Source: Oligoflexales bacterium (GTDB lineage: Bacteria > Bdellovibrionota_B > Oligoflexia > Oligoflexales > JBIKVD01). Taken from it: 45,069 bases of DNA. Location of the stretch: NCBI GenBank assembly GCA_044357055.1, contig JBIKVD010000002.1:1-45069 (forward strand), read 5' to 3'. Both the position numbers and the translations under genes were made by a program. This document shows positions 19,540 through 29,075 of the stretch, in pieces (the first letter of the stretch is position 1; the number at the start of each line of letters is the position of its first letter). A model generated the notes under the pieces. It saw nothing but the letters and a program-made list of their open reading frames with translations. It did not search any database and was not told the DNA's origin.

Positions 19540-20762
19540 TGTGAAGGTCCTTTTTTAGGTAAAAAATCGCCGCTGATTATGGAAATTAGCCATTTTGAAT
19601 TCAAAGCGATTAGTTCGAGTTCTTGTTTTCGTTCAAGGCTTTCAATAAGCTGACGGTGAGCCTCGATAATAGTTTGTGGCCTAAACAGTCCAGTTTTTGA
19701 TTTTTTATCGATAATATCGTGCAATTTTTTTGCTTCGTTGCCGCTTTCAAGCTCATTTAGGCGAACAATTGCGTTTCTATATTTTTCTTTGAGCAACTCT
19801 AAATTCGAAAGCTCGAAGTCCTTTTGACGTTGCCAGCGAAGTTGCGCTGCCTCCGTTTCTCGTCTCGCGACCAGAATTGCGCCTTCATTCCGATGATAAA
19901 TGGGAAGATCTACTGAAACTCCGACCCCGATGCCAGCGTTCCACTCGTTGTCTTCCCTTTCAATTTCGACGATAGGACCAATTCCAATGTCGGAATTCGC
20001 CATGGCTTCTTCTAGACCTAGTCTGCTTTGTGCTTCAGCAATACGCACTCGATTCGTCACGGATTGTGTGGATTCTTTTAATTCCGGCTCGCTACTTAGC
20101 TTCCAAAGATCAGATTTTGGAAGCCACAGCTTTTCGTCTTCGGGGAGAGGTTGCCCCAGCGCTCGCTTAAGCCAGGTTAGATGCTCCATTTTCTGGGAAT
20201 TTGCGACTGATTCCCGAGATCGCATTTCCTGCTTGGCAACTTTCAATATGTCTCGTTCGACTTCCACGTCCGGCGGGAGAAACTGTTGAGCGTTGTACTT
20301 TCTCAGACCGTGGTCGTAAATCTCTAGGATTTCATGAATTAGCTCGAAGGTTTCGTCAAGTTGACGCAGCGCATAAAGATGATCTAAAGTTTCAAGGGCA
20401 ATTGCCTCTTGCTCGTTTCTTATCTTCGAGCGGGAAACTTCAATTTCCGCTTTTGCCAAGTTGACCCTAGCGTCTAATTTTCCACCTCGCTCAAGTATGT
20501 GCATGTAGGAGGTGCCAAGCAGGATATCTCCCTGGGTTTTAGCCGAAACTTCGGAGCTAAGGTTTGGGTTTGGTCGCTGTGAAGCTCTATCTACGCCGGC
20601 TTCGGCAATAGCCAATTCAGAATTCAAATCGAGCACATTAGGATGATTTGATATCACGCAAAGCACGACATCATCCGTCGATTGAATTGGGCAATCTTTT
20701 GCTTGTCCCAAAGCAACCGCCGAGATCATCCCAATGCAAAGCAATACGCATCGCATGGGCAC
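19536..20762 (-). CDS. TolC-family outer membrane efflux protein (CzcC-like)
   Basis: Signal peptide, RPNPNL, ERGGKLDAR, VSVDLPIYHRNEGAI. Confidence 0.88.
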   Translation of the reverse strand: MPMRCVLLCIGMISAVALGQAKDCPIQSTDDVVLCVISNHPNVLDLNSELAIAEAGVDRASQRPNPNLSSEVSAKTQGDILLGTSYMHILERGGKLDARVNLAKAEIEVSRSKIRNEQEAIALETLDHLYALRQLDETFELIHEILEIYDHGLRKYNAQQFLPPDVEVERDILKVAKQEMRSRESVANSQKMEHLTWLKRALGQPLPEDEKLWLPKSDLWKLSSEPELKESTQSVTNRVRIAEAQSRLGLEEAMANSDIGIGPIVEIEREDNEWNAGIGVGVSVDLPIYHRNEGAILVARRETEAAQLRWQRQKDFELSNLELLKEKYRNAIVRLNELESGNEAKKLHDIIDKKSKTGLFRPQTIIEAHRQLIESLERKQELELIALNSKWLISIISGDFLPKKGPSQ

Positions 20763-20803
20763 CTCAAATCGCTATTAAATTTTTTATTTAGAGTAATTTG
20801 TGA

Positions 20804-21157
20804 CTAGGCGTTGAAAATTGGAGGACGAAAAAGGCTTCTACCATGGTCAAATGATGTAACTGTCTGATTTCCTAAGCCATGTTTTTGAGTTAGAACTGGG
20901 GCATTCTCAGACTTAATTTCAGATACAGAATAAATGATGCAAGCACAATGTCCGAAGTGGCAGACATGTTGAGCGTGATCTGTATTTTGGCAGGGTTCTG
21001 AATGTCCATGATAGGGATCATGGCCACTGATATGGTGAATGTCGTCTAGTGTGACACTTCCGGATTCGGAGGCGTCATTCTCCAACCCAGCGATTGTTGA
21101 CAGAATCAAAAGCATTTGAAGAAGAGATATAAATTTATGAAGTGTCATATGTTTCAT
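20804..21157 (-). CDS. Small exported His/Cys-rich protein (CzcI-like position)
   Basis: HVCHFGHC, C-terminal LFRPPI; first gene of the czc cluster. Confidence 0.65.
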   Translation of the reverse strand: MKHMTLHKFISLLQMLLILSTIAGLENDASESGSVTLDDIHHISGHDPYHGHSEPCQNTDHAQHVCHFGHCACIIYSVSEIKSENAPVLTQKHGLGNQTVTSFDHGRSLFRPPIFNA

Positions 21158-21387
21158 AAAAGACCAGTATAGACCTATACCGATTTTGTATGTTTATTCT
21201 ACATAGTTTTCAAGGTTTTTCTTTAAATCAAGCCACTTGCGACAAATCGCATTATAGCCAAGCCTTTGGATGCCTTGATAAAAGGTGAAAACCTGACGCC
21301 AAAAGCTAATACTATTTTAGTTTCTGTCAATGAGCGCTTTTTCTACGGTCGAAGTCAGAAAATTCTGAATCTATTTTTTCTTGGAAC

Positions 21388-23997
21388 TTATTTTTTGAAA
21401 TAAATGTCTTTGCCTTCTGTCAATGATTTCAAGTTTTGCTTCAGTGCAAATTGCAACCGATCAAGTGCTTTATAGGGACTGTAGTTGAGAGCATAATCTT
21501 TCGATGTATCCTTCATATGGGACACTGAGACTTCCTTAGCGACGTTCTCAAGTAGCATCGATCTCGCGCGCTTTTCATATTCACCCTTTGGCAGCTTATT
21601 AAGCTCTGCCTGCTGTTTCTCCGATAAATCTGGAAAATTGACCGAATTGATAAAGATTTCGTTATCGGCTCGCCCCCTCGACAATGAGACATAAAATCTT
21701 TCCCGGTCCATCAAGTTTCCGTCCACTACCACAAAAGCTTTATCAACCGTCATACTCTGAGACTTATTAGACGTGACGGCATAGCCGTATTTGAAGCCGG
21801 AAAAGGACGCTGGATTAAATTTAATGAGAGTCCCGTCATCCTTCTTAACTGAGATGAAAATAGAATTTACATCGACGACTTCGACAATATCTGAATTGAT
21901 GATACCCTTTGCTTTTCTATTTTCGGTGAAAATTAATCTGTCACCCCTTGCTACCTCAAACTCTGCCCTACCCCTTTTAAAAAAGTAACTTTTACCAAGT
22001 GCACCTTCAGCTTTGAGGTGAGACCGAATTTTCTCATTTAGTCTTCCCACGACGAGATTTGTTGTTGCCAGGATGAGGCTTGTTTTTTGCGGATTTGAGC
22101 TCCTAAACTCCTTCCATCTCTTAAGGATGCTTGCTTCAGCTTCATTTTGGTCTGTTTCGACGTGGAGATAGCCCTTTTTTTCGTAAAATTGGAAAGTTTC
22201 ATCGACCTTCCCTTCCCTGATTCCAAGAATGGTCTTTGCTTCTTCAGGGTCGGACTGACGCCTGACCGTTGAAAGTTCTGATCCATCAAATTTATTCTGG
22301 AGGGTACCAAACATTTGCCCTGCCTCGACAGGTTGAACTTGTTTTGTATCCCCGATAAGCAGCACTTTACAGCCCATTTTTTCGGCCTTGCGAAAGATTC
22401 TGTTGTAATACTTCGAGGCAAGCATCGCAGCCTCATCGACTACGAGAATTTGTTTTCGATTTTGTACACTATTCTTATAAAGAAAGGAGTGAACTGTGGT
22501 GGCATTTATCTTCACATCCCGCTCAATTGTCTGTGCAGCTTTGTGGGTGGGAGCGAGTGCTGTAAGCTTGTGTCCGGTCTGCTCATATATCTTTTCAAGA
22601 TATTGTAGTGCAAATGTTTTTCCACTACCAGCCACCCCTGAGATAAGCGAAATCCCGTCGGTATTTGTGGCCGTCGCAACCACAGTTTGGAGTTGATCTG
22701 GTGAAAGCTTCACCTCTTTACCTAGTAGCTTTGAATGTCGCTCGTTTTCCTCTTTAATAATCTTTTGCACCACATGAAGTTTTATACTGTGGCGATTTTC
22801 ACCGATTCGCCGTTTAAACATCCGGACAGTTTCATCCTCCTCCTGATACTTCCATTTTGTTGTTAGCACGTTATCATCATAGGTTTTTTGAAGGCGTATG
22901 AGATCACTCATCATGCCATGAAAGCTTGATTGAAAAATGTCTCCCGTTGACAGTTTTCCAATCGATCTTTCCGCCATTTTTCTCAGATAGACATAGGCTG
23001 GAAATGTCGATCTTTGGTCTATAATTTCACGCCCTGTGGCCTTGATAAGGTTTTTTCTGAATCGTTTTGATTGCCCTTTGTAGATGAACGTGGAACTGCG
23101 CATGCCTTCAATTTTAGCACTGCTTAGGCCCATTTCCTTGTGTTCCCGGCGCCAAGTTTCGAAATCGACTCGGCTATCTTTGTCGTATTTATTTCTTGTT
23201 ATGAAATTGTATTTTTGCTTAGCAAAGATTGATGCAGAAGATCTGTCGAGGCCTGATTGCTCGGCGAGTTTTTCAATTTCTTTGGACCGGGTTGAGCGAA
23301 AATCGATTAACTTTTGAGACACACCCTTAATTTCAAAACTGTGTTTTGTACGTCTCAGTTCAAATCCGGCGGTCTTAAGCCGGTGCGCAAGTTCTGCTTT
23401 ATAGAGAGCCCCCGCTGCCATTTTTCGTTTATAGTAGTGCGAATATTGCAGAGTTCGAAACTTGCTATCCTCGCAATATGCTACGTTAAACATGATGGCA
23501 TGGGTATGGAGTTGAGGATCACCGGCTCTTGAGGAAGAGTGCTGGAAAAGCGCAAAAATATTCTCAGCCTTCACCTTGATTTTGCCGCCTTTACCAGCTC
23601 TTGAGTGCCCGGATTGATGTTCCAGGTAATCAAGTGCTACCTTTGCCGCCTCGTTATGCGCATTTTCTACTATTTCCTTTGTTTTCTCATTTGCCGTTGC
23701 CCAGACAATCGAAACACTTTTGGGGGCCGAAAATGTGAAATCTACGCCCATTGCATGCTCTTCGCCTGCGTTTTGGACAAGCGCAGTCCCGCTTGGACTA
23801 AAGCCTTGCGCAAGGCGTTCCATAGCAAGCGGCATAACTGTAGCACCATTCAAAGAGCTGCCTGGAAGGCTTGGATCTGATAGCGCATGTGCTCCTCCAC
23901 CGTACCAAACGCCAGGCTTTTCTCCGCCTTCAATGCAGTATTCGGTATAATACTTTACGGCTTCTTTTGAATGCGCCAGTGGCTGAGCAGTAATCAA
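21388..23997 (-). CDS. MOBF relaxase-helicase (TrwC/TraI-like)
   Basis: N-terminal YY, DFTFSAPKSVS, HSSSRAGDPQLHTH; helicase motifs GVAGSGKT, VVDEAAM, YGYAVT..KSQSMT, YVSLSR. Confidence 0.95.
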   Translation of the reverse strand: MITAQPLAHSKEAVKYYTEYCIEGGEKPGVWYGGGAHALSDPSLPGSSLNGATVMPLAMERLAQGFSPSGTALVQNAGEEHAMGVDFTFSAPKSVSIVWATANEKTKEIVENAHNEAAKVALDYLEHQSGHSRAGKGGKIKVKAENIFALFQHSSSRAGDPQLHTHAIMFNVAYCEDSKFRTLQYSHYYKRKMAAGALYKAELAHRLKTAGFELRRTKHSFEIKGVSQKLIDFRSTRSKEIEKLAEQSGLDRSSASIFAKQKYNFITRNKYDKDSRVDFETWRREHKEMGLSSAKIEGMRSSTFIYKGQSKRFRKNLIKATGREIIDQRSTFPAYVYLRKMAERSIGKLSTGDIFQSSFHGMMSDLIRLQKTYDDNVLTTKWKYQEEDETVRMFKRRIGENRHSIKLHVVQKIIKEENERHSKLLGKEVKLSPDQLQTVVATATNTDGISLISGVAGSGKTFALQYLEKIYEQTGHKLTALAPTHKAAQTIERDVKINATTVHSFLYKNSVQNRKQILVVDEAAMLASKYYNRIFRKAEKMGCKVLLIGDTKQVQPVEAGQMFGTLQNKFDGSELSTVRRQSDPEEAKTILGIREGKVDETFQFYEKKGYLHVETDQNEAEASILKRWKEFRSSNPQKTSLILATTNLVVGRLNEKIRSHLKAEGALGKSYFFKRGRAEFEVARGDRLIFTENRKAKGIINSDIVEVVDVNSIFISVKKDDGTLIKFNPASFSGFKYGYAVTSNKSQSMTVDKAFVVVDGNLMDRERFYVSLSRGRADNEIFINSVNFPDLSEKQQAELNKLPKGEYEKRARSMLLENVAKEVSVSHMKDTSKDYALNYSPYKALDRLQFALKQNLKSLTEGKDIYFKK

Positions 23998-25550
23998 ATT
24001 TTGTCCTCAAGGCGAGTTGCTACCCACTTCAGCGCACTTTCAAAGCGCTCCTTTTGCTCTGGTTTTGCGGGACCTTTTCCTAGGTCAGGAACCCCATGCT
24101 GGTCTCTATGTAGAGGAAGGACTTGCGCCCACCTTCTGTGACGAATGCGAAGCTTTACCGGCATGAATGATAGGCTTGAAAGATAAAACCACCCGTCTCG
24201 CAAAGTTTGAATTTCAAATGGCATGACGACTGGCTTTGTTGCCACTGTTTCAGAATAGGAACCACTCGCTCCACTCCTCCCGGAGCTGCGGTTTTTCCTT
24301 AGGACTTCCGAGGACCCGAGCAGTTCAGACATTTCATTTGCATGCTTCGGTTCCTTAATTCTGAAGATGAATTTTGTGCCGATTTGGCCAAGCATCGCCG
24401 AAGCCTCATCGTGGCCATAAAGCTTTCTAAAATAGCTTTCCGATTGGTATGCGAGAATACAGCGCGCCGAGTATTTACGAAGCCGATCCAGAGATTTTCC
24501 AAGATTTTCGATCTTTCCGATCGTCGACACTTCATCGATGATAATGTTAATTTTTGTGTGCTTTTTCGAAGGATTTCTCGCAAAACAGCCAATGATTGCT
24601 AGGTTAAACCAGATCTTAAGAAGTGGTGACATGACGCCAAAGTCATCATCCTTTACCGGAATGAAAATCCAATTTTTGTCATCATTTTGTGTCCAGTCGT
24701 AAATACTAAACGCCGCCTCGTCTCCACGAGCCTTGGCCCAATAGTTCAAATCCTTAAGGAAGCTCAGTTCCATCAGTGCATGCGCAATAATACCTGCAGA
24801 TTGCGGAGTTTTTTTATCTCCGGTGATCGACTTTGCTGTCTCACTTAGGGAATCGAAAATGCTTCCGGCACCCCCTTGAACTAGATCTCTTAGTTCATCT
24901 AGTGAACTGCAGGAATCAATCAGCTGTCTTAGAACAATTCGTGCGCCATTCCACCAAAATTTGTCATGCTCATGGCCTGAGGGCACAAGAAATTCTGCAA
25001 TCTGGGCACTCGAAATTCGCTCTCCGCCCTGTCCCTCCTGATAAGGGTCCCAAAGCCTTGAGCGTTTGTCATAGAGACTTAAAATGTGATCACTTTCGCG
25101 ACCGAGTTCTGAGCAAATTTCGCCACCGACATCAAGAACAATGCACTTTTCTCCCGCAAGTCTTGCCCTTTCCAATAGGGCCTTAATTTGTGTCGATTTG
25201 CCAGCACCTGTGGCGCCAATGAAGGCGACATGGCGATCAAGCACATATTCCCAAATCGAGACTTTTGACTTTCCTCCTGAACATTCAAACGGGACTCCTT
25301 TCATCGCTTTAAGACTCAGTGGCTTGCCCAAATCTTCTTCAATTTCTTTCCGGTATGCGTCGGATTCAGCTTCAATTGCTTTTTGAAACCTTCTAGCCTC
25401 GACAAGCTTTGAACCTCGCAGAAACAGATCCGTATTTTTAGGCTTTTTGTTGTCACGGCTGGCAAGTAACGTGTAGGTCCCGTAGATAAAAATTGCGCAA
25501 ATACATGGCAAAAGAAGGCCGTATGGCCCTACATAATCTAGTAGTGACAT
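23994..25550 (-). CDS. Type IV coupling protein (TrwB/TraD-like)
   Basis: N-terminal transmembrane segment, Walker A GATGAGKS, IIIDEV, RKY...LAYQS; overlaps the relaxase start. Confidence 0.92.
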   Translation of the reverse strand: MSLLDYVGPYGLLLPCICAIFIYGTYTLLASRDNKKPKNTDLFLRGSKLVEARRFQKAIEAESDAYRKEIEEDLGKPLSLKAMKGVPFECSGGKSKVSIWEYVLDRHVAFIGATGAGKSTQIKALLERARLAGEKCIVLDVGGEICSELGRESDHILSLYDKRSRLWDPYQEGQGGERISSAQIAEFLVPSGHEHDKFWWNGARIVLRQLIDSCSSLDELRDLVQGGAGSIFDSLSETAKSITGDKKTPQSAGIIAHALMELSFLKDLNYWAKARGDEAAFSIYDWTQNDDKNWIFIPVKDDDFGVMSPLLKIWFNLAIIGCFARNPSKKHTKINIIIDEVSTIGKIENLGKSLDRLRKYSARCILAYQSESYFRKLYGHDEASAMLGQIGTKFIFRIKEPKHANEMSELLGSSEVLRKNRSSGRSGASGSYSETVATKPVVMPFEIQTLRDGWFYLSSLSFMPVKLRIRHRRWAQVLPLHRDQHGVPDLGKGPAKPEQKERFESALKWVATRLEDKI

Positions 25551-25581
25551 GAGTTATTCCATTAATAATTATGGGTATTTT

Positions 25582-25917
25582 TTAGAGTGACCTTGAGTGT
25601 TTTTCTAGGTAGTCCTCGATGTTACTTAGAGATTTTATTGAAAGCTTGGACCACTCGGCGATTTTGTCGATTCGACTTGCAAGCCCTAAAGTCATTTCAT
25701 AAGTGCCTTGAAACGATTTCACGGCATACTTAAGTTCGCTCATTTCATGAAGCACTGGCTCAAGAGCATGGTGGATTGGATTTGGATTGCGCCCAATTCC
25801 CACCTCAATGAGGGTTGCGATTTCTTTCGACATACTGCGCCTTGTCTTTGAAATTCGCTCCTGAATTAGCTCGTAAAGCTCGTCTGAAACTCGCGCTAAT
25901 ATCGTTTTAGACATCAT
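25582..25917 (-). CDS. Ribbon-helix-helix relaxosome accessory protein (TrwA-like position)
   Basis: AAGGAG then MMSKTILARVSDELYELIQERISKTRRSMSKEIATLIEVGI, an RHH pattern; first gene before the coupling protein and relaxase. Confidence 0.7.
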   Translation of the reverse strand: MMSKTILARVSDELYELIQERISKTRRSMSKEIATLIEVGIGRNPNPIHHALEPVLHEMSELKYAVKSFQGTYEMTLGLASRIDKIAEWSKLSIKSLSNIEDYLEKHSRSL

Positions 25918-26346
25918 CTCTCCTTTGCATTGTGCAAATCGCGAAGTTGCACGTAGCGTGCCTAGAAAAGTGCCCCCCCGAGTTACCCATTTTGTAATAA
26001 GGCATTTGGCTAGCAGTTTTCGGCTCCTGGAACCCATTCCTGTAATAAAGCGTAGCGACCCAATGCACTAGTGTTTTCCCATGATTTCCTGCATTTAGGC
26101 TCTGAACTAAACACCAAAGGTGTCTCAGGTGTGCCGGAGGTCGACCTCATGGGTCGACCGTAGCAGCCCGCAAAAATCGGAGAGACAAAGTCTCTCTCAA
26201 AGAATCCATCTCAGGGCCAAAAATTGAACCGGGCGGATCAAGATTTGAACCGAGGGCATAGAGGCCTGAGACGGAAATCAAGCGCTTAGGACCGGGTACG
26301 GCCCTTGCAATGCGGGGAGTGTCACTACAATGGAAAGGAAAATTGA
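25918..26346 (+). promoter_or_regulatory. Probable oriT with candidate nic site at 26132/26133
   Basis: Divergent intergenic region next to the relaxase operon. ACACC-AAA-GGTGT hairpin followed by CTCAGGTGT^G; further inverted repeats at 26139-26159 and 26180-26196. Confidence 0.65.
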
Positions 26347-26691
26347 ATGAAAGTGAGTGAGGCAAAAACCGGAACGCTACTTCGGAAAGGGCGACCGAAA
26401 ACAGTCGTGATCAGGCTCAAAGAAAGCATTCTTTCTGAACTTGAGGCAAAGAGGATAGATCTATCGAAGCGCTATAAGGCTGAAGTTAGCAGAGATGACC
26501 TCATAAACTCGATCATCTTCAATTCAAGGCTTGAGATCAAAAACCTAGTAAAAGAGGAATCCAAGGTCGTAAAAGTCAAACTTATGGCTACGATGCTTGA
26601 AAAACTGGAGACGCTCTCACAGGGTTCAAGCGTCGACGAGAAAAAGATTCTTATGCAAATGATTGAGCGTGAGATGAACCGAGTTTACTGA
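26347..26691 (+). CDS. Small putative RHH DNA-binding protein
   Basis: GRPKTVVIRLKESILSELE...VSRDDLINSII; AAGGA ribosome-binding site; divergent from the relaxase operon. Confidence 0.6.
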   Translation: MKVSEAKTGTLLRKGRPKTVVIRLKESILSELEAKRIDLSKRYKAEVSRDDLINSIIFNSRLEIKNLVKEESKVVKVKLMATMLEKLETLSQGSSVDEKKILMQMIEREMNRVY

Positions 26692-27425
26692 AGCCACTTG
26701 TTGACATCGATCATTAGCGACTTCAGGTCGGCTGGGAGATCTTTAAAGACTTTTGAGTAAGCGGTCCATCTTGTCTGCATGTCGGAGCTTACCCATTCTA
26801 CGAGTAACTTGGGCTCTATCGAACGCTCGGACAAGATAGCCGATAGCTTTCTTCGGTCGATTAATCGACCTGACTGGGCGATACGCCAAAGATCGTCGTA
26901 GTCCTTGAGCCGAGTGTTGCCGGATACAAATCGCCAAGCTGCCGCGAGCTTATCTGCAATAATGTTCTCAATGGAGGCTGCTACGATGTCGGGTCTATCT
27001 CCAACAGGTGAGGGAATTGTGGTGGTGTCGACTGGCGCCTTATAGACAATATCAATGTCAAATCGGTTCGCTGCACCGCCCTCTGCTACAAACCGGATCG
27101 TAACCGCAGCCCCTACTTCGCCAACTTCTTTAAATTTTTCGACCGAGAATTTGAGAGCGGGATCAGGATTTTCGCAAACTCGCTCGATAAGCCTTCTCAC
27201 TTCGTCGTGAGTACCGCTACTGAGGGTGCTAAAATCCAAATCTACCGTCGGACGAGGAGTCTTGATGTAAACCCACAGGAGGTTACCACCCTTTAGAACG
27301 AAGTCTTTGGATTCCAGGTTAAGTCGTTGAACGAAGGAGAATATTATGAATTTGAAAAATGCTTGGGGACCGTGTAGACCTTGTTCTCGTTTCCATTTCC
27401 CTGCTCTGGTTATCAATTTACTCAT
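26685..27425 (-). CDS. abiEii: AbiEii-family nucleotidyltransferase toxin (type IV toxin-antitoxin)
   Basis: FVLKGG, RPTVDLDF, ENIIADKL, TRLKDYDDL. Confidence 0.9.
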   Translation of the reverse strand: MSKLITRAGKWKREQGLHGPQAFFKFIIFSFVQRLNLESKDFVLKGGNLLWVYIKTPRPTVDLDFSTLSSGTHDEVRRLIERVCENPDPALKFSVEKFKEVGEVGAAVTIRFVAEGGAANRFDIDIVYKAPVDTTTIPSPVGDRPDIVAASIENIIADKLAAAWRFVSGNTRLKDYDDLWRIAQSGRLIDRRKLSAILSERSIEPKLLVEWVSSDMQTRWTAYSKVFKDLPADLKSLMIDVNKWLQ

Positions 27426-28011
27426 CAGCTAGCTCCTGAGCGAGGTGGAATACGACTTTCGTGCCAAGTTTCTCATCGTAAAACCGCAATTTGTCGATAT
27501 TTGGCTTTCGGTCCTTAAGCTTGAGGTATCGTTTTAAAGCTTTATAAAACAAGGGACCGGCTTTGCTTCGCAGGTATGCATCCGAAAGGGAGCGTTCCAT
27601 GTCATATATCCGAATCACATGAGAGTGATAATGCATCTCAGTAATTCCAACGAGCCTATGGTCTGGAACCCTGTGGGCGTTTACAAGTTTATTGCGTATT
27701 GACGTCGCCCTGGGAATGTCGACGTCAATTTTATGAATTGCTTCATCCGTCAGCTCATAAATCGAGAGCGCTGTGATATTTGAAATCACAGCATTAGGAA
27801 AGTATTTCGACACTGCGAGCACTGAGGATATGAAGGGATCCAGTTTTATCGTGCTGTAATAGCCACTGCCAAGCGCAAAGATCTCTCCCTGATCTGCAAG
27901 TCTTCCCAGAACACTTGTCTGCGACACATAGGGTTCGAGCTCGCCTGCGGACATGACCAGCTCGTTACCTAGAGTCTCTATCAAAAGCTTCTTGTTAGTC
28001 ATCTTAGCCAT
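27418..28011 (-). CDS. abiEi: AbiEi-family antitoxin / transcriptional regulator
   Basis: N-terminal wHTH ending in G.Y, AVISNITALSIYELTD, IRIYDMERSLSD; overlaps the toxin gene. Confidence 0.88.
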   Translation of the reverse strand: MAKMTNKKLLIETLGNELVMSAGELEPYVSQTSVLGRLADQGEIFALGSGYYSTIKLDPFISSVLAVSKYFPNAVISNITALSIYELTDEAIHKIDVDIPRATSIRNKLVNAHRVPDHRLVGITEMHYHSHVIRIYDMERSLSDAYLRSKAGPLFYKALKRYLKLKDRKPNIDKLRFYDEKLGTKVVFHLAQELADE

Positions 28012-28020
28012 TCCCCTATT

Positions 28021-28096
28021 TTACCACACTATCGGTATTTTGTGGTAATAAATTTACATAATTTTTGTTACCACATCAGTTCATTATTGTGGTAAC
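28021..28096. promoter_or_regulatory. Two TTACCACA-N12-TGTGGTAA inverted repeats; probable AbiEi operators
   Basis: IR1 at 28021-28048 and IR2 at 28067-28096, directly upstream of abiEi. Confidence 0.85.
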
Positions 28097-28125
28097 TATT
28101 TTACCATCTGATTTTCCTAAAGATT

Positions 28126-28668
28126 TCAGCCAAATACCTGGTCTCGAAGGGATCCAGAACGCTCTGCCCTAGAAACCAAGGTCTTAAAGCTTTGACCCGG
28201 TGGAAGCACTTTTGAGCCAAACTTCTGCCGGATTTCGTCCATCGAAAAAGGAACCACGTACTTTCTTCGAGCCTTCTGGTGCTCAGGCCGGAAATACCAC
28301 ATATGTTTTCTTGGAGCCCAGTCGTAGCCAGCCTCCTTCAAGACTGCCTTATGGCGTTCGGTTGATCCTGAAATCCAAATCCAGACTCCGCATATTTCAA
28401 TCGTGATCCCCTCTAAGACCGCCACGGCCCGAACTGCCTTCTCAAGGGACGATGTGATGCCCAAATCGCCCAGCGAATTCTTAAATGGGCCAGAAAACCT
28501 TTTTAAGACCTCATAGGCATTCTCCACAATCTGCATCATGTGTATCCCGACCGGACTAAAGCTTGGGTCATACTCAAAAGCCTTTTTTTGATATGCCGCC
28601 CTGATCTCTGGGGCAGTGACGTGATCAGAGTGTAGACCCAAGATTTGAAGTGCTTCAGAAATTTGCAT
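28126..28668 (-). CDS. J-domain-like protein (HPD replaced by YDP) with C-terminal aromatic domain
   Basis: EALQILGL...EIRAAYQKKAFEYDP...MQIVENAYEVLK, then IEICGVWIWISG...LKEAGYDWAPRKHMWY; AAGGAG before ATG 28668. Confidence 0.75.
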   Translation of the reverse strand: MQISEALQILGLHSDHVTAPEIRAAYQKKAFEYDPSFSPVGIHMMQIVENAYEVLKRFSGPFKNSLGDLGITSSLEKAVRAVAVLEGITIEICGVWIWISGSTERHKAVLKEAGYDWAPRKHMWYFRPEHQKARRKYVVPFSMDEIRQKFGSKVLPPGQSFKTLVSRAERSGSLRDQVFG

Positions 28669-28693
28669 AGTTATTCTCCTTAATTTAGTTTTT

Positions 28694-29047
28694 TTAGTAG
28701 TCAAATTCGGATTCGAAATCGCTTAAGTATTCAAAAAGTCCCTGCTCGATGGTAAGAGCCTCGAAATAGAGCCGATCAAACACCCGAGCTAGTCTTTCTT
28801 GCTTCTCTTTTAGGACCTCTGGCTCGCCTGAAAGCGCTTCATGCATCGCCCTTTCCAGGTCGATAAATTTTTGCTCAATCTCACTTCTCGTCGCACCCAT
28901 GTCCTCTAGGGCTTCTGTCGCTTCATGCACACGCATTGTTTCTCCCCTCTCCCGTGTTAATTGCCAAAAAGCCATTCTCTTGAGTTGGAGCCCCTGCCCG
29001 CCGGCGAGGCATTCATGCAAATTTCTGTGAGTTGACAATTGGTTCAT
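28694..29047 (-). CDS. Hypothetical acidic helical protein
   Basis: Strong AAGGAGG site before ATG 29047 (alternative start 28937); Glu-rich. Confidence 0.6.
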   Translation of the reverse strand: MNQLSTHRNLHECLAGGQGLQLKRMAFWQLTRERGETMRVHEATEALEDMGATRSEIEQKFIDLERAMHEALSGEPEVLKEKQERLARVFDRLYFEALTIEQGLFEYLSDFESEFDY

Positions 29048-29075
29048 CCTAGCTCCTCCTTTCTCATTCTCCGTC

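Noticed and set aside
25918-26365. 5' extension of the RHH ORF to 26037 and ORF 26147-26365
   Set aside because: They overlap the hairpin-rich probable oriT, and a good ribosome-binding site supports the start at 25917/25914.
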